From the NCBI GenBank assembly GCA_028281825.1, contig JANQJC010000100.1, positions 9,854 through 73,853 of the forward strand: a DNA stretch of 64,000 nt, given 5' to 3'. Below the pieces are notes generated by a model that was not told the origin of the DNA, did not search any database, and saw nothing but the letters and a program-made list of their open reading frames with translations. Positions 26,857 to 37,512 of this stretch are shown piece by piece. Numbering within the stretch: position 1 is the stretch's first letter; each line of letters opens with the position of its first letter. The stretch comes from Flavobacteriales bacterium (GTDB lineage Bacteria > Bacteroidota > Bacteroidia > JANQJC01). Made by a program: the position numbers and the translations under genes.

Positions 26857-27992
26857 TTTCGGGAGTAAAAGTAACGCTTCAATTTTAGAAAGTTCATTTC
26901 AAAATATCGGAAACTCAAATAGGCCAATGGTGTTATTATGGCGAGTGCAATACTAGGTTTTATTAGCAATACCGCCAATTGAGAGTCCACTATTCCCATC
27001 ATTTCTATGGCTTTTTGCCCTGCCAATATTCCTAATTCATGAAAACAAAATAACCCATAAGAGACCACTCCCAATGAAGTGAGCCATTTTATCTTCCCGA
27101 ACTTGTAAAAAGAGTTTTTACAAAAATTCTGCTCGAAGATGAAAAAGCCCAGGAGCATTGCAAACACTATCTTTTCTATCACCAAATTAATATCCCCGGG
27201 AATAAAATTCTTCCCAAAAAAAGGCTCGTAGAAAAACAGGCAAGCCACAAAAAGCGCATATATGCTCACTATAACAGGTTTGCTGAAATTTACCAGCCAA
27301 TCAAAAGGCTTGGTCTTAAAGAATGATATATATGCGAAAAGCGCACCTATGGCAATATCAGCCAACAGGAAGAGCGTATGCCAAAAAAGGTTCACCTTAC
27401 CAAAAAGTAGAATGGTGGCAGTCCCAAATACCAGCATCAAAATCGGGAAAAGCCATTTCACCCTGAAGTTGAAAACCAACAGCAGAAAAGGCCACGCGAT
27501 ATAAAATTGCTCTTCAACAGATAGGCTCCACAATACACTCACAATGGGGGAGTAGGGCACTCCATGCTCAATCAGGTAAAAGTTGCCGATGAAAAAGATG
27601 AAATACCAGGGGTTTCCCGAGTCGGGCATCGGCTCTCCCAACCATGACTTGACCAACGGGTAAAGCACAAAACCCACAAAAAGCATCAGGTAGTACAGGG
27701 GCCAGATGCGCAAAGCCCGCCGCACATAGTAGCCAAAGGGTTTAAAATTGCCACCACTATTGCGGTTTTCTTCCAATATCACCCAGGTATTGATATAGCT
27801 GCTAAGTACAAAAGCAAAACTAAAACCCGTTTTGCCAAACAATACAGACCAGTAGTAGGTAGTCTGAAAATCAGCCGATTCCTTTAGTATATCACTTTCT
27901 GTTCCAAGCGCATGCGCCAAAAAAATGAAGAAGAACGACATAAAGCGCAAAGCGTCCAGATTTGTGAAGTATGTTTTGTTTCTTTGCTCCAA
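26853..27992 (-). CDS. Acyltransferase family 3 membrane protein
   Basis: LDALR, FVLSSY, RRALRIWPLYY, WSLSVEEQFY, SYGLFCFH; TTG start. Confidence 0.88.
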   Translation of the reverse strand: MEQRNKTYFTNLDALRFMSFFFIFLAHALGTESDILKESADFQTTYYWSVLFGKTGFSFAFVLSSYINTWVILEENRNSGGNFKPFGYYVRRALRIWPLYYLMLFVGFVLYPLVKSWLGEPMPDSGNPWYFIFFIGNFYLIEHGVPYSPIVSVLWSLSVEEQFYIAWPFLLLVFNFRVKWLFPILMLVFGTATILLFGKVNLFWHTLFLLADIAIGALFAYISFFKTKPFDWLVNFSKPVIVSIYALFVACLFFYEPFFGKNFIPGDINLVIEKIVFAMLLGFFIFEQNFCKNSFYKFGKIKWLTSLGVVSYGLFCFHELGILAGQKAIEMMGIVDSQLAVLLIKPSIALAIITPLAYLSFRYFEMNFLKLKRYFYSRK

Positions 27993-28130
27993 ATGTTGAT
28001 AAGTTCTGCCGTTCCCTGTCTAAAGTATGACAAATAGGAATAATTTTATCGGCAATTGCAATAAATTGCGGCAAATTTGGTTAACTTAATTTTAGAAAAC
28101 ACGTACAGATAACAGAAGCCACAGCTTTTC

Positions 28131-29219
28131 ATGAAATATTTTATTTTCTCCCTATCTTTTCTGGTATTTTCCGCAGGTTTTATTGTAAAGGTTCAGGGGC
28201 AAATTGCTCCAAAATACTCTAATGAGTTCCTCTCTTTGGGCGTTGGCGCACGGGCTTTGGGTATGGCCAACGCACAAGTTGGTGCGGTGAACGACGTTAC
28301 CGCAGGCTATTGGAACCCCGCCGGTTTAGGGCAAATACAAAATAACTTACAGGTTGCGTTGATGCACTCCGAGTATTTTGCAGGCATTGCTAAATACGAC
28401 TACGCGGCGGTTGCAGCTCGCCTTAACCCAAAGTCAGTTGCAGCATTTAGTGTAATTCGTTTCGGGGTAGATGACATCCCAAACACCACCGAGTTGATAG
28501 ATGCTAACGGCAATATTGACTACGATAGGGTAACTTCATTTTCAGCTGCTGATTACGGCTTTATTTTCTCCTACGCCCGTCAGCCTGATGTCGAAGGTTT
28601 ACGCTATGGTGGTAATGTCAAGATAATATACAGGAATGTAGGCGAGTTTGCCCGGGCATGGGGTTTCGGCTTGGATGCAGGGGTTCAGTTTGATAGGGGC
28701 AATTGGCGTTTTGCTGCCATGGGTCGCGACGTTACTTCCACTTTCAATGCATGGAGTTTTTCATTGGATGAGAGAACAAAAGAAGTGTTTCAACAAACGG
28801 GTAATGAGATACCAAACAATTCTTTAGAAGTTACGCTTCCCAAGCTGATATTGGCTGCAGGTAGGCAATTCAAGATGGGGGAGAAGTTCTCGGCCTATCC
28901 TGAAATTAACTTTGATTTAACCTTTGATGGTAAAAGAAACGTATTGGTAAAAGGAGACCCGATAAGTATTGATCCTCATTTGGGTGTTGAATTTGCATAT
29001 TCTGACTTCATTTTTGTGCGTGGTGGTGTTGGCAATGTGCAGCAGGTGACCAATATTGATAATGAGTTAGTGACTACGTTTCAACCCAACGTGGGTATCG
29101 GTTTAAGAATTAAGAATTTTAGGATTGACTATGCACTTACAGATATAGGTGACCAGTCAATTGCATTATATTCAAATGTATTTTCACTCAGGTTCGACCT
29201 GAACAAAAAAGAGAAATGA
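28131..29219 (+). CDS. PorV/PorQ-family outer-membrane barrel (PorV paralogue)
   Basis: EFLSLGVGARALGMA...DVTAGYWNPAGL N-terminal signature; GFGLDAG; IDYA. Confidence 0.82.
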   Translation: MKYFIFSLSFLVFSAGFIVKVQGQIAPKYSNEFLSLGVGARALGMANAQVGAVNDVTAGYWNPAGLGQIQNNLQVALMHSEYFAGIAKYDYAAVAARLNPKSVAAFSVIRFGVDDIPNTTELIDANGNIDYDRVTSFSAADYGFIFSYARQPDVEGLRYGGNVKIIYRNVGEFARAWGFGLDAGVQFDRGNWRFAAMGRDVTSTFNAWSFSLDERTKEVFQQTGNEIPNNSLEVTLPKLILAAGRQFKMGEKFSAYPEINFDLTFDGKRNVLVKGDPISIDPHLGVEFAYSDFIFVRGGVGNVQQVTNIDNELVTTFQPNVGIGLRIKNFRIDYALTDIGDQSIALYSNVFSLRFDLNKKEK

Positions 29220-32200
29220 AGCACTTTTACGCGCTGATTTTTTCCATATTGCCCCTTTTATTGGCCGCTCAACCGCACGGCAACGAGTGGATTGACTACG
29301 GACAGGAATACTATAAATTTGATGTAACACAAAACGGTGTTTATCGTCTGGATTACACTACCCTGCAAAATGCAGGCATAAGTGTTGGTAGCATTGACCC
29401 GCGCAACTTTCAAATCTTCGGACGTGGACAGGAAGAATACATTTACGTTGAAGGGGAAAGCGACGGTACTTTCGATACTGGCGATTATATAGAGTTTTAT
29501 GGCAGAAAGAATGACGGATACTTGGATGGCGAGGTATATGATGACCCAGCGCATCAAGGTAACCCATACTACAGCATGTTTAATGATACCGCGGTCTATT
29601 ACCTCACGTGGAATAATTCTACCAGTAATCGCCGCATGACCTTAGAGACGGATGTAGCCTTCAGCAGTTATTCCGCTTCACCGTTTTTCCAAAAGCTTCA
29701 AATAGCTGATTACCACACTGATTATCATTTGGGAGAGGTAAATCCATTGGTGGGTGCCACTTCACCGCAATACACTGAGAGTGAGGGCTGGTATAGTTAT
29801 TCATTTGATGTTGGATGGTTCGATGTGGGGTATAAAACGGTACCCACACCACTTAGAAACACTTCAGGACCCGCTGCCGAAATCAACATAGGATTGGTGG
29901 GCGTTTCTTCTGATATAAGAAGGGTTAACATGCAATTTGCTGGCGTCAACTTCGATACCATTTTTACAGGGCATGTTTTCACTAAGTACTCCTTTAGTGT
30001 TCCTACTTCAAGCTTGGGTTCTACAACTACGCCATTTGACTTTCGCGTGTATGACGTAAACGGGGAGACAGGCTTTGGGCGTAGTGCGGTCACTTATATC
30101 ACGGTCAAGTATCCTCACTCCCGCGACTTGGGCGGCGCCACAAATATGGAAGGCATCTTTGTGCCATACAACAACTCCCAAGCCAAAACGCGGTTCGATT
30201 TTATCAACTTCTCGGGCGGTGGTTCAGTATGGATGTATGATTTGACCAATCATAAAAGGCTTACAGTAAGTGGCAGTGGGACTAACTATCAGGTATTAAT
30301 ACCCAATTCGACCACATCAGGGCAAGAAAACGAGTGCTACATTACAGCATCAAGCCAAATACAAACCATCTCGAACATAACCCCCGTAGGGCCGAATAAC
30401 TCTGCTTTCTTTACCGATTTTGATGGCTTGATTAACAAGCCAAATTTCCTGGTAATCACCCACCAAAGCTTGATGAACGAGGGGCTTGCTTACGCCAACT
30501 ACCGCGATATGAGCGGCTACGAAGCTATGGCTATTGATGTAAACGAATTATACGACCAATTTTCTCACGGCATCAGGAAGCACCCATTGGCCATTCGTCA
30601 CTTGGCAGATTACATGCTCGATGATTGGCCGGCTGATAGCACCCGTCATATCTTTATATTGGGCAAAGCGATATACTCCCACTCCATCAGAAATAATAGC
30701 ACCTTGAATGACCTTTGTTTGGTGCCTACCTGGGGCTATCCACCAGCGGATAACTTGTTTACTGTTGGTCTAAACAACTCGGGCTTAGCTCCAGCTATTC
30801 CTGTAGGTAGGTTGGCCGCTAAAAATCCTTATGAAGCCCAGATATACCTCGATAAAGTTATCCAGCACGAAGCTGCCGCACCAGCCCCTTGGATGAAACG
30901 CGCCTTAAATTTCGTGGGTGGTAATATTGAGCATCAAACACTTTTGGCATATATGAACGTGTACAAGGATGCCATCGAGGATTCACTGTTTGGTGGGCAG
31001 GTGCAAACTATCGAGAAAAACTCTCAAGACCCCATTCAAATAACCTTGGTTGACTCTATCAGGACCCTGGTAAACGAAGGTGTTTCCATGATGAACTTCT
31101 TTGGTCACGCGGCAGGCTCTAGCTTCGACGTAAGCACTGACGACCCATCTACCTATAGCAATAATGGTAAATACCCGGTGCTGTTTGCCATGTCTTGCTT
31201 AACAGGTGATATTCATGCTGCACCACAAGTATTAACCCCATTAAGCGAGTCATGGGTTATCAATGACAACAAAGGCGCGATTGGCTTTATAGCTTCAGTT
31301 GCTACGGCACTTCCACCATATCTGCACGCATATTCAAGCAGGTACTTCAAGAATTTGTGTTATGAGAACTATGGTCAAACCATTGGCCAGGTGATGCAAC
31401 AGACTATTATTGATGCCACTCAACCCAATAATAAGTTAAGCAAGTGGTGTTCTTGGCAAACTACTCTTCACGGAGACCCAGCAATGGTAGTTAACTCATT
31501 CCCGTTGCCCGATTTGAGTATTGCTGATTCAAGTATCTACTTCACTCCATTGGATGTAACAACAGTAACTGACTCATTTGAGGTGAACATCATCATCACC
31601 AATTTGGGAAGAACCTTTAACGATTCTTTCAGGGTAGAGATAGCACGAACCTTACCCAATGGCTTGGCTGCCCCAACTGAGGTGGAGCAATTCGGCCCTA
31701 TCTTTTTTAGGGATACCATTTCCATGCGTTTGCCCGTGGATTTGATTAATGGCGTCGGACTGAACCAATTGAGCATCCGCGTAGATAGCGACTTTATCAT
31801 TGATGAGTTATCTGAAATGAACAATACGGTCAACAAGCAATTGCTCATCAAGTCACCTGACATATTCCCTGTTTATCCATATGAGTATGCAGTAATGCCC
31901 GAACAGGGCATTACCCTTAAGGCGTCTACAGGTGATGCCTTTGCACCATCGCGTACTTACATATTCGAGATTGACACTACCGACCTGTTCAACAGCCCAC
32001 TAAAGCAAACGACATCCATTACCCAGAGTGGTGGGGTGGTAACATGGTCTCCAAGCTTATTGCAGAATATGCCTGATAGTACAGTCTATTTTTGGCGCAC
32101 AGGCTTAGACTCGACCCAATACGGTGCCTACAACTGGAGAGAAAGTTCATTCCAATATATCATTGGTAAAGAAGGTTGGGGGCAAGCCCATTTCTTCCAA

Positions 32201-34225
32201 TTCAAGAATGACAGGTTTGATAATATCGAACACAATCGCACCACCCGCACTTTCGATTTCGTACCGACAACCAAAAACTTGACTTGCCATAATTTGGGTT
32301 ATGATACGCTTTCTTTCAGCAACTATCTGGATGTAGAGTTCCGTATCAATGGAGCCTTGGGTGATTATGGCGGCTGTGCCCTGCCCGATGCCATTCACAT
32401 CGCAGTAGTTGACCCTAATAACCTGCAGCACTGGGAAACCTGCTGGACAGACCCCAATACGGGTATCTTATACAACGGTGAGCATTGCGGTTTGGGCTAT
32501 ACCACCTGTAATGCCAATCGCCCCCATGGTTACTTCATCTTTAGGATGAACCAGTTAGCAGCCATGGAAACATTCATCAATACGCATATCCCTAATGGGC
32601 ACTATGTATTAGCTTACACCTGGCGGAGAGGCAATTTCCAGACGTGGACCCAAAGCCAAAGGGACGCATTCAATAACATGGGTGCACAGGCCATAGATAC
32701 AATCACTGATGGCAGGCCCTGGATATTCTTCTGTAAAAAAGGGGACTTGTCTTCAGCAATGGAGGTGACTGGGGTTGATGGCCATGCAGCAATTGATTTC
32801 GCTACGTTGATTACCGGAACAAATGATGCAGGTGAAATAACTGCCCCATTAATCGGCCCTGCGGCAGAGTGGAACTCCTTCCATTGGAGGCAATATGCTT
32901 TGGAGACACCTACGTTGGATTCCATTCGCATTAATGTGATAGGAGTGAGGGCTAATCAAACAGAGCAAGTGATGTTGGCTGAATTAACGCCCGATACAGT
33001 AATGGATATTCTCAACCTATTCAACTATGTGGATGCGGCAGAGTTCCCCTATTTGAAATTAAATGCCTACACGCAGGACAGCGACTCAACCAGAACGCCA
33101 GCCCAAATAGATAGGTGGCAGGTGCTGTTTGAAGGTGTGCCAGAGGCGGCGCTCAACCCAAGCGCGGCCTTCTACTTCAACGGACCTGAAGTGCCCGAGT
33201 ATGACAGCTTGCGCTGTGCAATAGCCATTGAGAATATCTCGGATTATGATATGGATAGTCTATTGGTGCACTATTGGGTAATAGATGCAGCAGGTGCCAG
33301 GCATGACGTGCCTTACGCAAGGCAAGACTCATTAAAAGTAGGTGAAACATTGCTAGATACGGTGGCTTTCTCAACGGGTGGTTTTGAAGGGCTAAATAGC
33401 TTCTGGATTGAGGCCAACCCCAATAACGACCAATTAGAGAAATACCATTTCAATAATCTGGCTAATATTAGCTTTACAGTTGCTGGCGACCGCATTAATC
33501 CAATACTGGATGTTACATTTGATGGAGTACATATTTTAGATGGTGACATCGTTTCAGCCAAACCCACTATTGTAATGGAACTGGATGATGAAAACGTCAA
33601 CCTGATAATGGACGAACCACAGGATACTTCACTTTTTGCGGTGTTCGTCAGAAGGCCTGACGCTACTGTTCCTGAGCGTGTTTATTTCACCAAGAGCGGA
33701 TTGCCTCAAATGATTTTTACGCCAGCTTCGGCACCTGAAAACAAATGCAAAATTGAGTTCCCGGCAGAGTTCAATCAAGATGGTGTTTATGAGCTAATAG
33801 TGCAGGCAAAAGATAAATCCAACAATAGCTCTGGTGATTTAGACTACCATATCACGTTTGAAGTGATTAACAGGTCCACCATCACAAATGTGTTGAATTA
33901 TCCTAATCCATTTTCTACATCCACCCAGTTTGTATTTGTATTGACAGGTTCAGAAATACCTACCGATTTCAGGATACAGATAATGACTATTTCAGGTAAG
34001 GTGGTCAAGGAGATTGGTTTAGATGAAATAGGCCCCATCCACATTGGTAGAAACATCACTCAATATACCTGGAACGGTAAAGATGAATATGGAGACCAAT
34101 TGGCGAATGGTATCTACCTGTATCGCGTTATCACCAGGATGGGTACGGAGTTCATTGAAAACAGGGCTACTAATGCTGATAAGTATTTCAAGAGTGGTTT
34201 CGGCAAGATGTACCTGATGCGCTAA
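29216..34225 (+). CDS. C25-family (gingipain/PorU-like) cysteine peptidase with T9SS CTD
   Basis: IEFYGRKND, LYDQFSHG, IPVGRL, catalytic FFGH and AMSC, LHGDPA, CARDB-like segments; NYPNPF...WNGKD..GDQLANGIYLY CTD. Confidence 0.88.
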   Translation: MKHFYALIFSILPLLLAAQPHGNEWIDYGQEYYKFDVTQNGVYRLDYTTLQNAGISVGSIDPRNFQIFGRGQEEYIYVEGESDGTFDTGDYIEFYGRKNDGYLDGEVYDDPAHQGNPYYSMFNDTAVYYLTWNNSTSNRRMTLETDVAFSSYSASPFFQKLQIADYHTDYHLGEVNPLVGATSPQYTESEGWYSYSFDVGWFDVGYKTVPTPLRNTSGPAAEINIGLVGVSSDIRRVNMQFAGVNFDTIFTGHVFTKYSFSVPTSSLGSTTTPFDFRVYDVNGETGFGRSAVTYITVKYPHSRDLGGATNMEGIFVPYNNSQAKTRFDFINFSGGGSVWMYDLTNHKRLTVSGSGTNYQVLIPNSTTSGQENECYITASSQIQTISNITPVGPNNSAFFTDFDGLINKPNFLVITHQSLMNEGLAYANYRDMSGYEAMAIDVNELYDQFSHGIRKHPLAIRHLADYMLDDWPADSTRHIFILGKAIYSHSIRNNSTLNDLCLVPTWGYPPADNLFTVGLNNSGLAPAIPVGRLAAKNPYEAQIYLDKVIQHEAAAPAPWMKRALNFVGGNIEHQTLLAYMNVYKDAIEDSLFGGQVQTIEKNSQDPIQITLVDSIRTLVNEGVSMMNFFGHAAGSSFDVSTDDPSTYSNNGKYPVLFAMSCLTGDIHAAPQVLTPLSESWVINDNKGAIGFIASVATALPPYLHAYSSRYFKNLCYENYGQTIGQVMQQTIIDATQPNNKLSKWCSWQTTLHGDPAMVVNSFPLPDLSIADSSIYFTPLDVTTVTDSFEVNIIITNLGRTFNDSFRVEIARTLPNGLAAPTEVEQFGPIFFRDTISMRLPVDLINGVGLNQLSIRVDSDFIIDELSEMNNTVNKQLLIKSPDIFPVYPYEYAVMPEQGITLKASTGDAFAPSRTYIFEIDTTDLFNSPLKQTTSITQSGGVVTWSPSLLQNMPDSTVYFWRTGLDSTQYGAYNWRESSFQYIIGKEGWGQAHFFQFKNDRFDNIEHNRTTRTFDFVPTTKNLTCHNLGYDTLSFSNYLDVEFRINGALGDYGGCALPDAIHIAVVDPNNLQHWETCWTDPNTGILYNGEHCGLGYTTCNANRPHGYFIFRMNQLAAMETFINTHIPNGHYVLAYTWRRGNFQTWTQSQRDAFNNMGAQAIDTITDGRPWIFFCKKGDLSSAMEVTGVDGHAAIDFATLITGTNDAGEITAPLIGPAAEWNSFHWRQYALETPTLDSIRINVIGVRANQTEQVMLAELTPDTVMDILNLFNYVDAAEFPYLKLNAYTQDSDSTRTPAQIDRWQVLFEGVPEAALNPSAAFYFNGPEVPEYDSLRCAIAIENISDYDMDSLLVHYWVIDAAGARHDVPYARQDSLKVGETLLDTVAFSTGGFEGLNSFWIEANPNNDQLEKYHFNNLANISFTVAGDRINPILDVTFDGVHILDGDIVSAKPTIVMELDDENVNLIMDEPQDTSLFAVFVRRPDATVPERVYFTKSGLPQMIFTPASAPENKCKIEFPAEFNQDGVYELIVQAKDKSNNSSGDLDYHITFEVINRSTITNVLNYPNPFSTSTQFVFVLTGSEIPTDFRIQIMTISGKVVKEIGLDEIGPIHIGRNITQYTWNGKDEYGDQLANGIYLYRVITRMGTEFIENRATNADKYFKSGFGKMYLMR

Positions 34226-34227
34226 TT

Positions 34228-35712
34228 CTAGTGTAATGGGATAGGCATTCTCTTTTCCACAAATATCCCATCTAATTTATATAGATAACCTTTCTCTTTC
34301 CCCAATTTCTGACTCAATTGCAGAGCTTCTTCATAATTCTCTGCGGGTAACATATTTCGTTTGGCACAGTAAATAAAGTAGTGCAAATGCTCGGGTTTTG
34401 CGCCTTGTATAAAAATGGCTTCATCAGGCTTAGTTGAGCCACTGATAGGTGTCGACATATTAATAATGTAATTCTCCCAGGGGTCTTCGGGTATGTCATT
34501 CCGCAGAAAAACAACAGAAGCATAAATGCTTATTGCCAATGCTCCAGTGGCTATCCATTTAGTCCATGCATTAGGCATGGCTCCAATTATTAACCCAGTT
34601 AATGTTGCAATTACAATCCCCCATTTAGCATGATAAAGGTAATGAGTAACATTAGCGTTAAAGAACACTGCAAAGTGCAGTAAGGCTGGGATTAGTACTA
34701 AAAACAATAAAGGCTGAAAAGCAGGGTTGGGGGTTTTTTCTTTTTTGCGCGCCATTAAACCAAAGGCCACGCTAAGGAGTACAAAAAAGTATCCCACCCA
34801 TTTCAATAAGTGGTGAAACTGTTCAACTAGCATTTGATACGAAGCTGGATTCAACATACTCATTTGTTGGTCGCTGTATGCTTTACCAAAAAAGCCACTT
34901 CTTTCCAAAAAGCGAATGGATATACTGTGCAAGAAAGCCTGCACTCCTGCTATGCTGTTGTATTGAATGAAGATGAGTAGTAAAGCCAATGCAGCAAAGC
35001 CTGTTAACACAGTACTTAGCTTTTTGTATAATTCAGGCTTGCTGACAATTAAATAAGCTAAGGCTGAGATGATAAAAAACACTCCCATCCAATCTGAGTA
35101 TACGAATAGGAAACTTGTTAACCCCAATAGAATCCATTGCCACAAAGCCAATGATTTTTGTTTCGTTGACCAATACAAACTGGCTACGCAAATTGCCCAG
35201 AAACCCAGGCCAACGGTCTCCGAGAAATAATGAAAGGTGAAGCCATACATGAGTATGGGAAAGAACGTACAGACTGCAAAAGCGATAAAGCTACTCCACA
35301 CATTTTTGGATAATAGAAATACCAGCCAGAAAATGCTTGTAGCAGTTATTAGGTGAAACAACAATCCCAATCCTTTCAATATTCTATGAGATGGCTTGCT
35401 CCCAGTAATCCACAAAATAGCATGTGCAAGTTGAAAGGAAAAGGGAGGGTGTGATGTGTAATAGTTATTGCCTTCACTATCCTCCAGTCTTTTGTATAAG
35501 TGCATGTGCTTATCTCCAGCATTAGGCCAGGTATTGATAGGGCTGAAATAACTCTTACTGACGCCTTTTTCATGCCATATCTCGAGGGTGGTGAGCATAA
35601 AAATATTTCCCGTTTGCCAAATATGCACTCTCTCTTCCAGCATGGGTAATCGAACCAATACCGACAGGGCATAAACGGCAATCAAGGCAAAAAACAAAAG
35701 GAATTTCTTCAT
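34228..35712 (-). CDS. Multi-pass membrane protein, GT-C/PMT-like glycosyltransferase
   Basis: About 11 TM segments, YTSHPP loop motif and a C-terminal periplasmic domain. Confidence 0.6.
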   Translation of the reverse strand: MKKFLLFFALIAVYALSVLVRLPMLEERVHIWQTGNIFMLTTLEIWHEKGVSKSYFSPINTWPNAGDKHMHLYKRLEDSEGNNYYTSHPPFSFQLAHAILWITGSKPSHRILKGLGLLFHLITATSIFWLVFLLSKNVWSSFIAFAVCTFFPILMYGFTFHYFSETVGLGFWAICVASLYWSTKQKSLALWQWILLGLTSFLFVYSDWMGVFFIISALAYLIVSKPELYKKLSTVLTGFAALALLLIFIQYNSIAGVQAFLHSISIRFLERSGFFGKAYSDQQMSMLNPASYQMLVEQFHHLLKWVGYFFVLLSVAFGLMARKKEKTPNPAFQPLLFLVLIPALLHFAVFFNANVTHYLYHAKWGIVIATLTGLIIGAMPNAWTKWIATGALAISIYASVVFLRNDIPEDPWENYIINMSTPISGSTKPDEAIFIQGAKPEHLHYFIYCAKRNMLPAENYEEALQLSQKLGKEKGYLYKLDGIFVEKRMPIPLH

Positions 35713-35781
35713 AGCTCAATGCGGAAAATTAGGCATTTAAAACTTGAAAAAGAATTGAAAGCCTAGTTGCTCACAATCTTA

Positions 35782-35789
35782 TATCTTTG
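35782..35789 (+). promoter_or_regulatory. Bacteroidota -7 promoter element
   Basis: TATCTTTG upstream of ATG 35805 (supports that start for lnt). Confidence 0.55.
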
Positions 35790-35804
35790 GGCTGTTACAA
35801 TCCT

Positions 35805-37424
35805 ATGAAAAGAATTTACTCCCTGCTACTTTCAATCCTTAGCGGCTTGCTTTTCACGGCAGCCTGGCCTGAGAATGGTTTTGCCCCTTTGCTTTTTGTA
35901 GCATTTGTGCCGCTGCTTTTTGTGGAGCAAGCCATAGCTGATAAAGGTTACAAATACTCTTTCATTCGTCTTTTGCCTTATGTATACCTTACTTTCATTA
36001 TCTGGAATCTACTGACTACCTATTGGGTGTGGCATTCCTCGCCTGAAGGCTCAGTAGCGGCGTTTACCCTTAATACACTATTTATCAGCATTGTGTTTTG
36101 TTTGGGCCATGTTACTAAAAAACGCTTAGGTTCAACCCCAGGCTATATGGCCATCGTCACCTATTGGATGAGTTATGAATATCTGCATCTGCGTTGGGAG
36201 CTTTCATGGCCTTGGCTCACGTTGGGTAATGGCTTTTCTGAGTACTACACGTGGGTTCAGTGGTATGAGTATACTGGAGTATTTGGTGGCGCTGCTTGGA
36301 TTTTTATTGTGAATATCATCATCTATCAGATATTGAGAAGGGTATTGGTGCTTAAAGAGAGTTTTGCAAGTCAACTCAAGGGGGTAGTGGGTGTAGTATT
36401 GCTGATTGTCATTCCAATTATCATCTCACTGGTAATGTATTCCAGCTATGAGGAGGAAGAAAACCCAGTTGAGATGGTTGTAGTTCAGCCCAATATAGAC
36501 CCATACTTCGAGAAGTTTGATGGTATGACAGCCAAAGCCCAATTGGAGAAATTGCTGGACTTGGGTAGGCAAGAACTCACGCAGAATAGTAAATTCTTTG
36601 TCGGCCCTGAAACTGCGCTTATTGAAGGTATTTGGGAAGGTAGGGAAGAGAACTCTGGTAGTTTTGGTATGCTCAGGGAGTTTTTGGAGGAATACCCTGA
36701 CCTTAGTATCGTGATAGGCCTTTCTACCTACAAAATGTATACAGATGGTGAAAAGCCCAGTCCTACTGCCCGTAAATATCGCGGTAGAGAGGATATGCGT
36801 TATGACGCCTACAATACTGGTATGATACTGGAAAAAGATAGGCCCGCCGTGTTCTATCACAAATCAAAACTGGTGCCTGGGGTCGAGAAAATGCCTTATC
36901 CGAAAATATTCGGCTTTCTTGAAAAACTGGCTATTGATTTGGGGGGCATTTCGGGCAGTTTAGGCATGCAGGATGAGAGGACAGTTTTCTTTTCCAAAGA
37001 CAGCATTGGAGCTGCACCGGCTATCTGTTATGAAAGCATTTATGGGGAGTATGTTACGGATTATATCAGAAATGGAGCCAATTTTATTTTTATAATCACC
37101 AACGATGGCTGGTGGTATGACACTCCTGGCCATAGGCAACACAATAGTTACGCCCGCCTGCGTGCTATCGAAACAAGAAGAAGTATAGCCCGCTCCGCCA
37201 ATACAGGCATCTCATGCTTTGTTAACCAAAGAGGTGACATGCAACAGCAAACGAAGTATTGGACCCCCGATGTCATCAAGGCAAGTATCAACTCTAATGA
37301 TGAGTGGACTTTCTATACCCGTTTTGGGGATTATATTGCTCGCGTAGCTATTCTACTTATGGCTTTACTACTTCTTTGGACCATTGCAGTATCTCTCAAT
37401 AAGACAAAAAGTAGGCTAGGATAA
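35805..37424 (+). CDS. lnt: Apolipoprotein N-acyltransferase
   Basis: WPWLTLGN, QWYEYTG, VVQPNIDP, PET, YHKSKLVPGVE, ICYES, ITNDGWW, RAIETRRSIARSANTGIS. Confidence 0.94.
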   Translation: MKRIYSLLLSILSGLLFTAAWPENGFAPLLFVAFVPLLFVEQAIADKGYKYSFIRLLPYVYLTFIIWNLLTTYWVWHSSPEGSVAAFTLNTLFISIVFCLGHVTKKRLGSTPGYMAIVTYWMSYEYLHLRWELSWPWLTLGNGFSEYYTWVQWYEYTGVFGGAAWIFIVNIIIYQILRRVLVLKESFASQLKGVVGVVLLIVIPIIISLVMYSSYEEEENPVEMVVVQPNIDPYFEKFDGMTAKAQLEKLLDLGRQELTQNSKFFVGPETALIEGIWEGREENSGSFGMLREFLEEYPDLSIVIGLSTYKMYTDGEKPSPTARKYRGREDMRYDAYNTGMILEKDRPAVFYHKSKLVPGVEKMPYPKIFGFLEKLAIDLGGISGSLGMQDERTVFFSKDSIGAAPAICYESIYGEYVTDYIRNGANFIFIITNDGWWYDTPGHRQHNSYARLRAIETRRSIARSANTGISCFVNQRGDMQQQTKYWTPDVIKASINSNDEWTFYTRFGDYIARVAILLMALLLLWTIAVSLNKTKSRLG

Positions 37425-37478
37425 CAACTGAACAAATCAAATAGTTAGCGGTTTAATTGCTCAAAACCTCATTTGGGT

Positions 37479-37486
37479 TAATTTTG
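37479..37486 (+). promoter_or_regulatory. Bacteroidota -7 promoter element
   Basis: TAATTTTG upstream of lpdA. Confidence 0.5.
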
Positions 37487-37512
37487 CACCGTCAATAAAA
37501 GAAAATCTTATC

